DNA from: Fibrobacterota bacterium | GTDB lineage: Bacteria > Fibrobacterota > Fibrobacteria > UBA11236 | DNA: 64,000 nt | Direction of reading: 5' to 3' | Assembly: GCA_019509785.1 (NCBI GenBank) | Contig: JAEKLQ010000032.1 | Location: forward strand, 11,229-75,228 | Part shown: piece by piece, positions 56,633-64,000 of the stretch | Numbering within the stretch: position 1 is the first letter of the stretch | Layout: each line of letters begins with the position of its first letter | Made by a program: the position numbers and the translations under genes | The notes under the pieces: generated by a model | Database searches by the model: none | What the model was told of the DNA's origin: nothing | What the model saw: only the letters and a program-made list of their open reading frames with translations

Positions 56633-58375
56633 ATGGAGACTCCCTTGGATTCGGGACCCCACGGCGGCGACCTCACATCCGAAGTCTATAAGCTAAGGCA
56701 GCAGAACGTCCAGCTCCAGCATTTGCTGAAGTATAAGGACGATGTGGAAATCCCCACCCTGAAGCGTCAGATGGGCCATTTCCAGCACGAGCTGCAAGCC
56801 ACCAAGGCCCAGATGAGCGAGACGGCGAAGCAAGAGGACTTCATCGATCGGCGGTCGGGCATCCTCCACATCGATCGCGACATGCGCGTGGTGAAGATCA
56901 ATAGCTACGCGTTGGAAATCCTCGGCACCTTGCACACCCAGGCCATCGGCCGGCCCATCAAGGAAGTGGGGGTGAACTCGCAATCCGGCCGCCCCATCTT
57001 CGGGGACATCGATTATTACCTCGAGCCCGAAGGCAGGGAGAGCGAGTGGGAGAAGGAAATCCCCATGCCCAACGGGGAGAAGCGCTACTACCACTTCCGC
57101 AGCGCCCTCATCAACGGCATCCGCCTCGTCAGCATCAGCGAGGTGACCGATCTGCGCCTCTCCGAAAGCCGCGTCAAGGCCATCATCGGCTCGTCCAAGG
57201 ATGGCATCGCCTTGGTGGACGAGGGCTCGGTGATCCGTTCCACCAACGCCCGCTTCGGCAAGCTATTCGGGCTGAACTGGCGCCAGTTCGCGGGCATGCA
57301 ATTCGACATCGCCGCCGAGCTGCTGCAATACCATTTCAAGGACCCGCACGAGTTCATGGCCTTTTACGGCGCCATCCAGAAAGAGCCGCAGCTGCATTCC
57401 GAAGGCCTGTTCGAAATGGTGCTGCCGCAATCGGCCGCCTTCCAGATCTACACGCGTCCGATCGTGGATGAGCAAAGCCGCCTGATTGGTCGCGTATGGT
57501 TCGTCACGGATGTCACCAATTTCAAGGAGATGGAGAAGAAGCTGGCCGCCGACGCGGCCAACCTGGAAGTCAAGGTCAACGAGCGCACCGAGGAACTGTA
57601 CGTCCAGAACCAAGAACTGGTGCGCGTGCGCCAGGAGATCGAGATGGAGCTGGACATGGCCAAGCAGGTGCAGCAAGGCATGCTGCCCAAGACCTTGCCC
57701 AAGCTGGACGGGTACGAGGTGGGGGCCGCCTACGCGCCTACCGGCAAGGTTTCCGGCGACTTCTACGATTTCATCCGGTTGGACGAGGATCGCATATTCA
57801 TGCTCATGACCGACGTTTCCGGGCATGGCGTCCCGGCGGCCCTGGTCACGGCGATGGCCAAGATGGCCTTCGACCGCCACGTGAAGGCGGGCCTTTCCGT
57901 CTCGGCGATCCTCATGAACGTGAACGTGGATTTATGCGCGGCCATCAATACCGATCATTACCTCACCGCATTCGCGGGCATCCTCGATCTCAACACCGGG
58001 AAGCTGACCTATAGCCGGGTATGCCATCCCTATCCGGTCATCTACCGGCACGCGGACCAGAGCCTGGAGCATTTGCAGATGCGCGGGGGCTTTTTCCTGG
58101 GCATGTTCGAGGACAATAGCTATTCCGAACAGGAGACCTTCCTGAACCCCGGCGATCTCCTCTTCGTATACACCGACGGCATCAACGAGAGCTTCAACAA
58201 CAAGGATGAACTCTACGGGCGCAAGCGCCTGGACGAGGTGATCCTCCGGTTCGCCCGCCACGGAGCCCAGGAAACCATCGCCCAGGCGCAGCTCGACAAG
58301 GAGCGGTTCTCCGAAGGGCGGCAAAGCCTCGACGATATCTCGATTTTCGCCATCAAGCGGCGGGAAGCCAGGTAA
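56633..58375 (+). CDS. PAS-domain PP2C-type (SpoIIE/RsbU-like) Ser/Thr phosphatase
   Basis: GDFYDF...DVSGHGVPAALVTAM...YTDGINE are PP2C metal-binding signatures. There are N-terminal coiled-coil and PAS-like repeats. Confidence 0.8.
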   Translation: METPLDSGPHGGDLTSEVYKLRQQNVQLQHLLKYKDDVEIPTLKRQMGHFQHELQATKAQMSETAKQEDFIDRRSGILHIDRDMRVVKINSYALEILGTLHTQAIGRPIKEVGVNSQSGRPIFGDIDYYLEPEGRESEWEKEIPMPNGEKRYYHFRSALINGIRLVSISEVTDLRLSESRVKAIIGSSKDGIALVDEGSVIRSTNARFGKLFGLNWRQFAGMQFDIAAELLQYHFKDPHEFMAFYGAIQKEPQLHSEGLFEMVLPQSAAFQIYTRPIVDEQSRLIGRVWFVTDVTNFKEMEKKLAADAANLEVKVNERTEELYVQNQELVRVRQEIEMELDMAKQVQQGMLPKTLPKLDGYEVGAAYAPTGKVSGDFYDFIRLDEDRIFMLMTDVSGHGVPAALVTAMAKMAFDRHVKAGLSVSAILMNVNVDLCAAINTDHYLTAFAGILDLNTGKLTYSRVCHPYPVIYRHADQSLEHLQMRGGFFLGMFEDNSYSEQETFLNPGDLLFVYTDGINESFNNKDELYGRKRLDEVILRFARHGAQETIAQAQLDKERFSEGRQSLDDISIFAIKRREAR

Positions 58376-58376
58376 G

Positions 58377-58510
58377 AAAGGGTATAGGGTAAAGGGTACA
58401 GGGTTAATCAAGACCAATCCAATCTGCCGCCGGGCATCGCCCTTTACCCTTTACCCTTTACCCTTTACCCTTTACCCTTTACCCTTTACCCTTTACCCTA
58501 AAACCCCCAC
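58377..58510. repeat. heptamer inverted-repeat hairpin: G-rich arm GGGTATAGGGTAAAGGGTACAGGGTTAA, 32-nt loop, C-rich arm (CCCTTTA)x8. An 'empty' version of the element at 40339-40785.
   Basis: The element directly follows the PP2C stop. The arms are complementary and capable of G4 or i-motif formation. It is a perfect tandem (CCCTTTA)8. Confidence 0.7.
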
Positions 58511-58577
58511 CGGCCATCTACTATCTCCACTCCGCGAGAAAACTATCTTCTCCCCACACCCTTCGGAGGTTTCTTCC

Positions 58578-59585
58578 GTGAACGTTCTCGTCGTCGGCGG
58601 AGCCGGATACATAGGCTCCCATGTGGTCAAGGCCCTGTTGCGCGCGGGCGCGCGGGTTACCGTGTTCGACAACCTTTCTTCGGGCCTACGGGGCAACCTG
58701 CGGCCCGGGGCGAAGTTCCGGCATGGCGACATTCTCGATTCCCGCGCCCTGGATGAAGCTTGCGCCGGGGAGGGCGCCGCCGGTGAAGGCGCCTACGACG
58801 GGGTCATCCATCTTGCCGCCCTCAAGGCCGCGGGCGACTCCATGCTGCAACCCGAGAAATATTCCACCCATAACATAACGGGCACCTTGAACCTTTTGAA
58901 CGCGGTCGCGCGCGCGGGCATCAAGCACTTCGTGTTCTCTTCCTCCGCGGCCGTCTACGGCGATCCGGTTTACCAGCCCATGGACGAAAAGCATCCGACC
59001 GTGCCCGCCAATTATTACGGCTACACCAAATTGGCCATCGAAGGATTCCTGGATTGGTACCAGCGCCTGAAGGGCGTCCGCTTCGCCGCCTTGCGCTATT
59101 TCAACGCGGCCGGTTACGATCTCGACGGGGAAATTAATGGCCTGGAGCAGAACCCCAACAACTTGTTGCCTGTCATCATGGAAGCGGCCATGGGCTGGCG
59201 GAAGGAACTCCAGGTATTCGGAAACGACTATCCGACCCGGGACGGGACCTGCATCCGCGATTATATCCATGTGGAGGATTTGGCTTCCGCCCATGTCCTG
59301 GCCTTGCAAAAGCTGATGGCGGGCACCGATCGGTTAGTGGTCAACCTGGGGACGGGCTCAGGCATCACCGTGATGGAAATGGTGAAAATGGCCGGGGAAA
59401 TCTCCGGAAAACCCGTTCCCTACCGCATGGTAGGCCGCCGCGAAGGCGATCCCCCCTCCGTGACCGCATCCGCCGGCTTGGCCAAACAGCTGCTGGGATG
59501 GGAGGCGAAACACAGCGATGTAGGTACTTTATTGAGAACCACCTGGAAGGCCTATCAAGCCAATGCCAAGGAACGATTGAACTAA
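58578..59585 (+). CDS. galE: UDP-glucose 4-epimerase
   Basis: The NAD motif GGAGYIGSH and the YxxxK active site (YGYTK) are present. The start is GTG. Confidence 0.85.
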   Translation: MNVLVVGGAGYIGSHVVKALLRAGARVTVFDNLSSGLRGNLRPGAKFRHGDILDSRALDEACAGEGAAGEGAYDGVIHLAALKAAGDSMLQPEKYSTHNITGTLNLLNAVARAGIKHFVFSSSAAVYGDPVYQPMDEKHPTVPANYYGYTKLAIEGFLDWYQRLKGVRFAALRYFNAAGYDLDGEINGLEQNPNNLLPVIMEAAMGWRKELQVFGNDYPTRDGTCIRDYIHVEDLASAHVLALQKLMAGTDRLVVNLGTGSGITVMEMVKMAGEISGKPVPYRMVGRREGDPPSVTASAGLAKQLLGWEAKHSDVGTLLRTTWKAYQANAKERLN

Positions 59586-59614
59586 TCGCTCCTGCATGGC
59601 CGCCGCGCGGCGAG

Positions 59615-61141
59615 ATGGAATCCTTACCCGTGGCGAAAGGGATTGGCATGAAGGAATTCCCGGCTACCTTAGGGGATCTCAAGCGCTCGGGTTGGCGCAG
59701 CAAATCGGTCAAGGATGAATTGAGGGACAACCTGCTGGCCCGCATCCGCGGCCGGTCGGATGGCGACTTGCGGGATCCGTTGATGCCCGGCATCGTCGGA
59801 TACGAAGAGACGGTGCTCAAACAATTGACGCATGCGATCCTGTCCCGGCACGACATCCTGCTCTTAGGATTACGCGGGCAAGGCAAGACCCGCATCCTGC
59901 GGCAGCTGGCGAGCTTCCTGGACGATCGCATCCCCATCGTGGCGGGCAGCGAGGTCAACGACGACCCGTACGCGCCCATCTCGCGCTACGCCCAGGAAAA
60001 GATCGCCGCCCAAGGCGACGAAACGCCCATCGAGTGGATCGGACGCGAAAGGCGCTACGGCGAGAAGCTGGCCACGCCGGACGTGTCCATGGCCGATCTT
60101 ATCGGCGACATCGATCCGGTCAAGGCCTTCCACCAGAAGATCGGGTACGGCCACGAAGGCGCCATCCAGTTCGGGATCATCCCGCGCACCAACCGGGGCA
60201 TCTTCGTCATCAACGAGCTTCCCGATTTGCAAGCGCGCATCCAGGTGGGCCTGCTGAACATCATGGAAGAGCGCGACATCCAGATCCGCAGCTTCCGGGT
60301 GCGCATCCCGTTGGACATCCTGATGGCCTTTTCCGCCAATCCCGAGGACTATACCAACCGGGGCAATATCATTACGCCTCTCAAGGATCGCATCGATTCG
60401 CAGATCATCACCCACTACCCGAAGAATGCCGAAGCCGCGATGGAGATCACGAAGCAAGAAGCGCGCATCCACACCTCCGGTCCGCAGCCCGTCATTTCCG
60501 ACTTGATCCGCCTGGCCATCGAGCAAATCGCCTTCGAGGCCCGCGAGGACAAGGATTACGTGGACCAGAAGTCCGGCGTCTCCGCCCGCTTGCCCATCGC
60601 CGCCATGGAGCTCCTGGGGAGCGCGGTGGAATTGCGGGGCCTGCTGACCGGGGAAGATGCGCCGCGGGCCCGCCTTTCGGATCTGGAAGCGGTGGTTCCC
60701 GCCATCACCGGCAAGCTGGAGCTGGTATACGCCGGAGAGCAGGAAGGCCCGGCCAACATCGCCCGCGCCATGGTGGGCAAGGCGGTACGGACGGTTTTCC
60801 ATAAGCTCTTCGCCGATCCCTACAACAAGAAGGAAAAGCAGCCTGAGGAGAATCCCTACTATCCGATCATCTCGTGGTTCGAAAAAGGCAATACCCTCAC
60901 CTTGGGTGATCGCATGACGGACGCGCAATACCGGAAGGCCCTGGAGTCGGTTCCGGATATCCGCAAGGCGGCGGCGCGCGCGGCCCTGGATCCCAAGGCC
61001 CTGGAAAAGGAGAAGGCGGACGATATGCTGCACCTCGAGTTCTTGCTCGAAGGTCTGCATCTGCATTCGCGCCTGAGCAAGGAAAACCTTTCCGAAGGCT
61101 TCACTTACCGCGACATGATGTCGGACATCCTGAAGGACTGA
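59615..61141 (+). CDS. AAA+ ATPase, Mg-chelatase ChlI/MoxR-like
   Basis: Walker A is GLRGQGKT. Walker B with arginine finger is IFVINELPDL...LLNIMEER. The start was trimmed to the ATG at 59615. Confidence 0.7.
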   Translation: MESLPVAKGIGMKEFPATLGDLKRSGWRSKSVKDELRDNLLARIRGRSDGDLRDPLMPGIVGYEETVLKQLTHAILSRHDILLLGLRGQGKTRILRQLASFLDDRIPIVAGSEVNDDPYAPISRYAQEKIAAQGDETPIEWIGRERRYGEKLATPDVSMADLIGDIDPVKAFHQKIGYGHEGAIQFGIIPRTNRGIFVINELPDLQARIQVGLLNIMEERDIQIRSFRVRIPLDILMAFSANPEDYTNRGNIITPLKDRIDSQIITHYPKNAEAAMEITKQEARIHTSGPQPVISDLIRLAIEQIAFEAREDKDYVDQKSGVSARLPIAAMELLGSAVELRGLLTGEDAPRARLSDLEAVVPAITGKLELVYAGEQEGPANIARAMVGKAVRTVFHKLFADPYNKKEKQPEENPYYPIISWFEKGNTLTLGDRMTDAQYRKALESVPDIRKAAARAALDPKALEKEKADDMLHLEFLLEGLHLHSRLSKENLSEGFTYRDMMSDILKD

Positions 61142-61143
61142 AG

Positions 61144-62286
61144 ATGGAGATCCGCTATGGCCAAGCCCTACCGGATCCGGAGGGCGGAGAAGGCGAAGGC
61201 CAGGACGGGGCCGACCTGGTCGATCTGTTCTCGCAGCTTTTCCTGCGGAGCAACGGCGACGCGCGGCAGGCCTTGGAGTGGCTGCGTCGCATCGCCGAAC
61301 GGCAGGGCTGGCTGGGTCGCGAGCGTACCTTCGAGGACATGCTCGACGAGCTCGAAGAGAAGGGCGTCATCAAGCGCGATCACGGCGATTTCAGTATTAC
61401 CCCGGCGGGAGACCGGGCGGTGCGGGAATCGGTGTTCGAAAGGGTTTTCAAGGGCTTGGGCAAGAGCTTCCGCGGCGGCCATAACACGGGTAAGCTGGGG
61501 AAGGGAGGCGAGCGGCAGGCGGAGACCCGTCCTTACGCATTCGGGGACGAGCTGGCCGATCTGGATTTTTCGGAAACCCTGAAGAATGGTTTGCGGCGGG
61601 GCGCCGAGGAGGGCGCGGGATCCTCTCTGCCGGACGCATGGTCCGGGCTACCGTCGGAGGGGCTCTCGGAAGAGGATTTCGAAGTCCATGAACGCGAGCA
61701 ACTCGCCAGTTGCTCCACCGTACTGATGATCGACATCAGCCATAGCATGATCCTCTATGGCGAGGATCGCATCACCCCGGCTAAGATGGTGGCCATGTCC
61801 CTGGCCGAATTCATCAAACGCAATTACCCCCGCGATACCCTCGACGTGATCACCTTCGGCGACGAAGCCAAGGAAATCCCGGCGGACAAGATTGCCCACG
61901 TGGCGGTGGGGCCTTACCATACCAATACCTGCGACGGCCTGCGGTTGGCGCAAAACCTGTTGCGCAAACGAAAGAATTCCAACAAGCAGATATTCATGGT
62001 GACCGACGGCAAGCCCTCGGCGGTATTCGACCGGGGCCGCCTCTACCGCAATTCCTTCGGGCTCGATCCCCTGGTCTTGCAGAAGACATTCGCCGAAGGC
62101 CGCGCCTGCCGTAAGAACAAGATCCGCGTATGCACCTTCATGATCGCCAAGGATCCTTACCTGGTGGAATTCGTGGAGGAATTCAGCCAGGTATCCGGCG
62201 GGCAGGCGTTTTATACGGGCCTGGACGGACTAGGCGAATTCATCTTCGTGGACTACGCCGCCCATCGCCGCGGAAAGATCCGATAG
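61144..62286 (+). CDS. von Willebrand factor A domain protein (ChlD-like partner of the upstream ATPase)
   Basis: The MIDAS motif is VLMIDISHSM (DxSxS), followed by TDG. Confidence 0.75.
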   Translation: MEIRYGQALPDPEGGEGEGQDGADLVDLFSQLFLRSNGDARQALEWLRRIAERQGWLGRERTFEDMLDELEEKGVIKRDHGDFSITPAGDRAVRESVFERVFKGLGKSFRGGHNTGKLGKGGERQAETRPYAFGDELADLDFSETLKNGLRRGAEEGAGSSLPDAWSGLPSEGLSEEDFEVHEREQLASCSTVLMIDISHSMILYGEDRITPAKMVAMSLAEFIKRNYPRDTLDVITFGDEAKEIPADKIAHVAVGPYHTNTCDGLRLAQNLLRKRKNSNKQIFMVTDGKPSAVFDRGRLYRNSFGLDPLVLQKTFAEGRACRKNKIRVCTFMIAKDPYLVEFVEEFSQVSGGQAFYTGLDGLGEFIFVDYAAHRRGKIR

Positions 62287-62392
62287 GGCTTGGCGCCGGG
62301 GATGACCCGGCCCTATTCCTCCGCACCGGCCCGGTCCGTTACCTTTGGTTTTACTCCAAGCGTCCTAGCATCAGGTCGTTCCCGGAGGCCCT

Positions 62393-63208
62393 ATGTCCCA
62401 TCCTACCCTCACGGTCGTCATCCCCTATTACAACGAAGCCGGGTTCCTGCCGCGGACCCTGCGTTGCTTTTTATCCCAAACCCGGCTTCCCGATCAGTTG
62501 ATCCTGATCGATAACGGTTCCACCGACGGGACGGAGGCCCTATGCCGGGCGGTATTGGAAGGGGCTCCCATCCGGGACATTGCGTTCTTGCGGGAGCCGC
62601 GCCCGGGAAAGACTTTCGCCTTGGCCGCGGCCGAGCCCTACGTGCGTGGGGACTTGATCGCTTTCGCCGATGCCGATATCGAGTATCCGCCGCGTTACCT
62701 GGAACACGCCGCGCGTTTGTTCGCGAAGTCCGGGCCGGAAGTGGTGGCGGTCATGGCGCTGTACTTGCATACCCCGCCCCAAGGCCCTACCGCCTTGGCG
62801 TACCGCGCCGTCATGCCGATCCTCTCCCGCTTCTTCCCCACCAAATGCCTCACCGGCGGGGGAGGGCAGGTGTTCCGCAGCGATGCTTTCCGCCGGGCCG
62901 GGGGCTTCTCCGGCTCCGCTTGGGAGCACGTGCTGCTGGATCACGAGATCATGCACCGCGTCTTCAAGCAGGGAACCTCGCGTTACCATCCGGCTTTCTG
63001 GTGCCTCCATTCCAATCGGCGCGGAAGCCGCCAGTCGGTGCGCTGGAACGTATGGGAACGCTTCCTATACCTTTACATGCCGCCCTTCGGATTGGATTGG
63101 TATTTCTACCGGTACCTGGGGCCCAAGCTGGGCCGTAGGAAAATGTCGCAGTTGAAATTGCGGGAGCAGAAATGGAACCGGACCGGGGGAGCTAACCCCT
63201 CTCCCTGA
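62393..63208 (+). CDS. family 2 glycosyltransferase
   Basis: TVVIPYYNEAGFL...LILIDNGSTDGT, with GGAGG RBS. Confidence 0.75.
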   Translation: MSHPTLTVVIPYYNEAGFLPRTLRCFLSQTRLPDQLILIDNGSTDGTEALCRAVLEGAPIRDIAFLREPRPGKTFALAAAEPYVRGDLIAFADADIEYPPRYLEHAARLFAKSGPEVVAVMALYLHTPPQGPTALAYRAVMPILSRFFPTKCLTGGGGQVFRSDAFRRAGGFSGSAWEHVLLDHEIMHRVFKQGTSRYHPAFWCLHSNRRGSRQSVRWNVWERFLYLYMPPFGLDWYFYRYLGPKLGRRKMSQLKLREQKWNRTGGANPSP

Positions 63209-64000
63209 TCCCGTCCGCTTTCACCGACTCGGTCCCGATGGCATCCCCGCCTTTGCATTTCACCGCGTACATCGCCTCGTCGGCGCGTTGCAGGAATTCC
63301 TTGACCACGTGGGCGGTTTCCTTGTTTTCATCCCCCGGGAGGTATTGCGAGATGCCGATGGAAAGCGAAGTGGGTTCGGCATGCAGCCTTCGGAAGGCGT
63401 TCAGGATGCGATCGCAGATGACCTTGGCGCCGTCGATCTTGGTATCGGGCAGGAGCAGGACGAACTCGTCCCCGCCGTAGCGGTAGGCCGAATCCATCTC
63501 GGCGCGGATCTCGCTCGTGAAGATGTTGCCCAGCATCACCAGGAGATGATCGCCGGCCTGATGGCCCTTGCTGTCGTTATAGACCTTGAACTTATCCACG
63601 TCGATGAGGGCGATGGAAATGGGGCGGTTGGGGAAACGCTTCTGCGCGCGGATGAGGCGGCCCAGCTCCGCATTCAAATGCCTCACGTTGTATAGGCCGG
63701 TGAGGCTGTCCGTGATCACGAGGCGCAGCAATTGTTCGTTCTTCTCGTGCAACTGGCTTTCCAGTTGCTTGCGCTTGGTGATATTGCTGCAGTTGAAAAC
63801 CTCGCCGATCACCTCTTTGTCCCGGTTGAGCATGCGGGTCACGCTGAGGGAGATCCAGATCTCTTCTCCGGAATCGGTCTGCTTGATGAGCAATTCGGGC
63901 GCTTCGGCCGAGCCGTGTTCGTCCACGCGCGCCAGCAAGGCGGAGATTTCCACGGGACTCGCGAACAAGGCGTGGACTTCCTTCCCCAGCACATCGGTCT
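63192..64000 (-). CDS. PAS-GGDEF diguanylate cyclase, N-terminus probably beyond the window end
   Basis: RYGGDEF and the conserved DxLTGLYNRR-like segment (DSLTGLYNVRHL) are present. The reading frame stays open past the internal Met at 63992. Confidence 0.8.
   Translation of the reverse strand, partial: TDVLGKEVHALFASPVEISALLARVDEHGSAEAPELLIKQTDSGEEIWISLSVTRMLNRDKEVIGEVFNCSNITKRKQLESQLHEKNEQLLRLVITDSLTGLYNVRHLNAELGRLIRAQKRFPNRPISIALIDVDKFKVYNDSKGHQAGDHLLVMLGNIFTSEIRAEMDSAYRYGGDEFVLLLPDTKIDGAKVICDRILNAFRRLHAEPTSLSIGISQYLPGDENKETAHVVKEFLQRADEAMYAVKCKGGDAIGTESVKADGIRERG

Noticed and set aside
58440-58500. (CCCTTTA)n read as a telomere-like repeat
   Set aside because: Plant-type telomeric repeats are TTTAGGG/CCCTAAA. 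This unit (TAAAGGG) is not a cyclic permutation of them. The context is an internal bacterial intergenic hairpin.

Overview
This is a high-GC (~65-68%) bacterial chromosomal segment with about 55 protein-coding genes on both strands. Gene content is Gram-negative-like: OmpA with thrombospondin-type-3 repeats, a porin, LpxH and a heptosyltransferase. Several PEGA-type Ser/Thr kinases, a PP2C phosphatase and HDOD, GGDEF and PAS signalling proteins suggest Myxococcota or a similar lineage, but the taxon cannot be fixed from sequence alone. Housekeeping genes I recognise are acs, a transaldolase, hisE-hisG, a frameshifted glycogen phosphorylase, a PRPP-synthetase-family gene, galE, ahpC, an RluA pseudouridine synthase, an lpxH-like gene and an MFS transporter.

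The most striking content is a run of about 15 kb (10.5-25.6 kb) of tightly translationally coupled genes, most overlapping at ATGA. They encode lipid or isoprenoid tailoring enzymes: a Rieske non-heme-iron oxygenase, a fatty-acid-desaturase fused to a squalene/phytoene-synthase-like domain, a GH3 adenylating enzyme, a second desaturase, two adjacent cobalamin-binding radical-SAM enzymes, two GNAT-like proteins, a divergent PAPS-type sulfotransferase, a lipoprotein, a membrane protein, a P450 and an acyl-CoA delta-9 desaturase. I read this as a candidate undescribed lipid-modification or biosynthetic cluster.

Other notable items:
- A lone phage/eCIS tail-tube-family (gp19/Afp1-like) protein carries a Tat-type signal peptide and sits among three paralogous secreted multi-domain proteins.
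- G-quadruplex-capable heptamer arrays (GGGTAAA)n/(CCCTTTA)n form inverted-repeat hairpin elements at two loci. One encloses a low-GC four-helix-bundle (Avd/IVS-protein family) gene.
- A predicted pseudokinase has HRD replaced by YGC.
- Nested perfect inverted repeats lie in an ORF-free gap.
- A 42-bp x4 tandem repeat lies upstream of a LarC-like gene.
- A 100-nt nested hairpin lies upstream of hisE.
- A 770-aa membrane protein has a canonical EF-hand loop and polyproline tracts.

Many long antisense ORFs in the six-frame track are GC-driven shadows and are not called.
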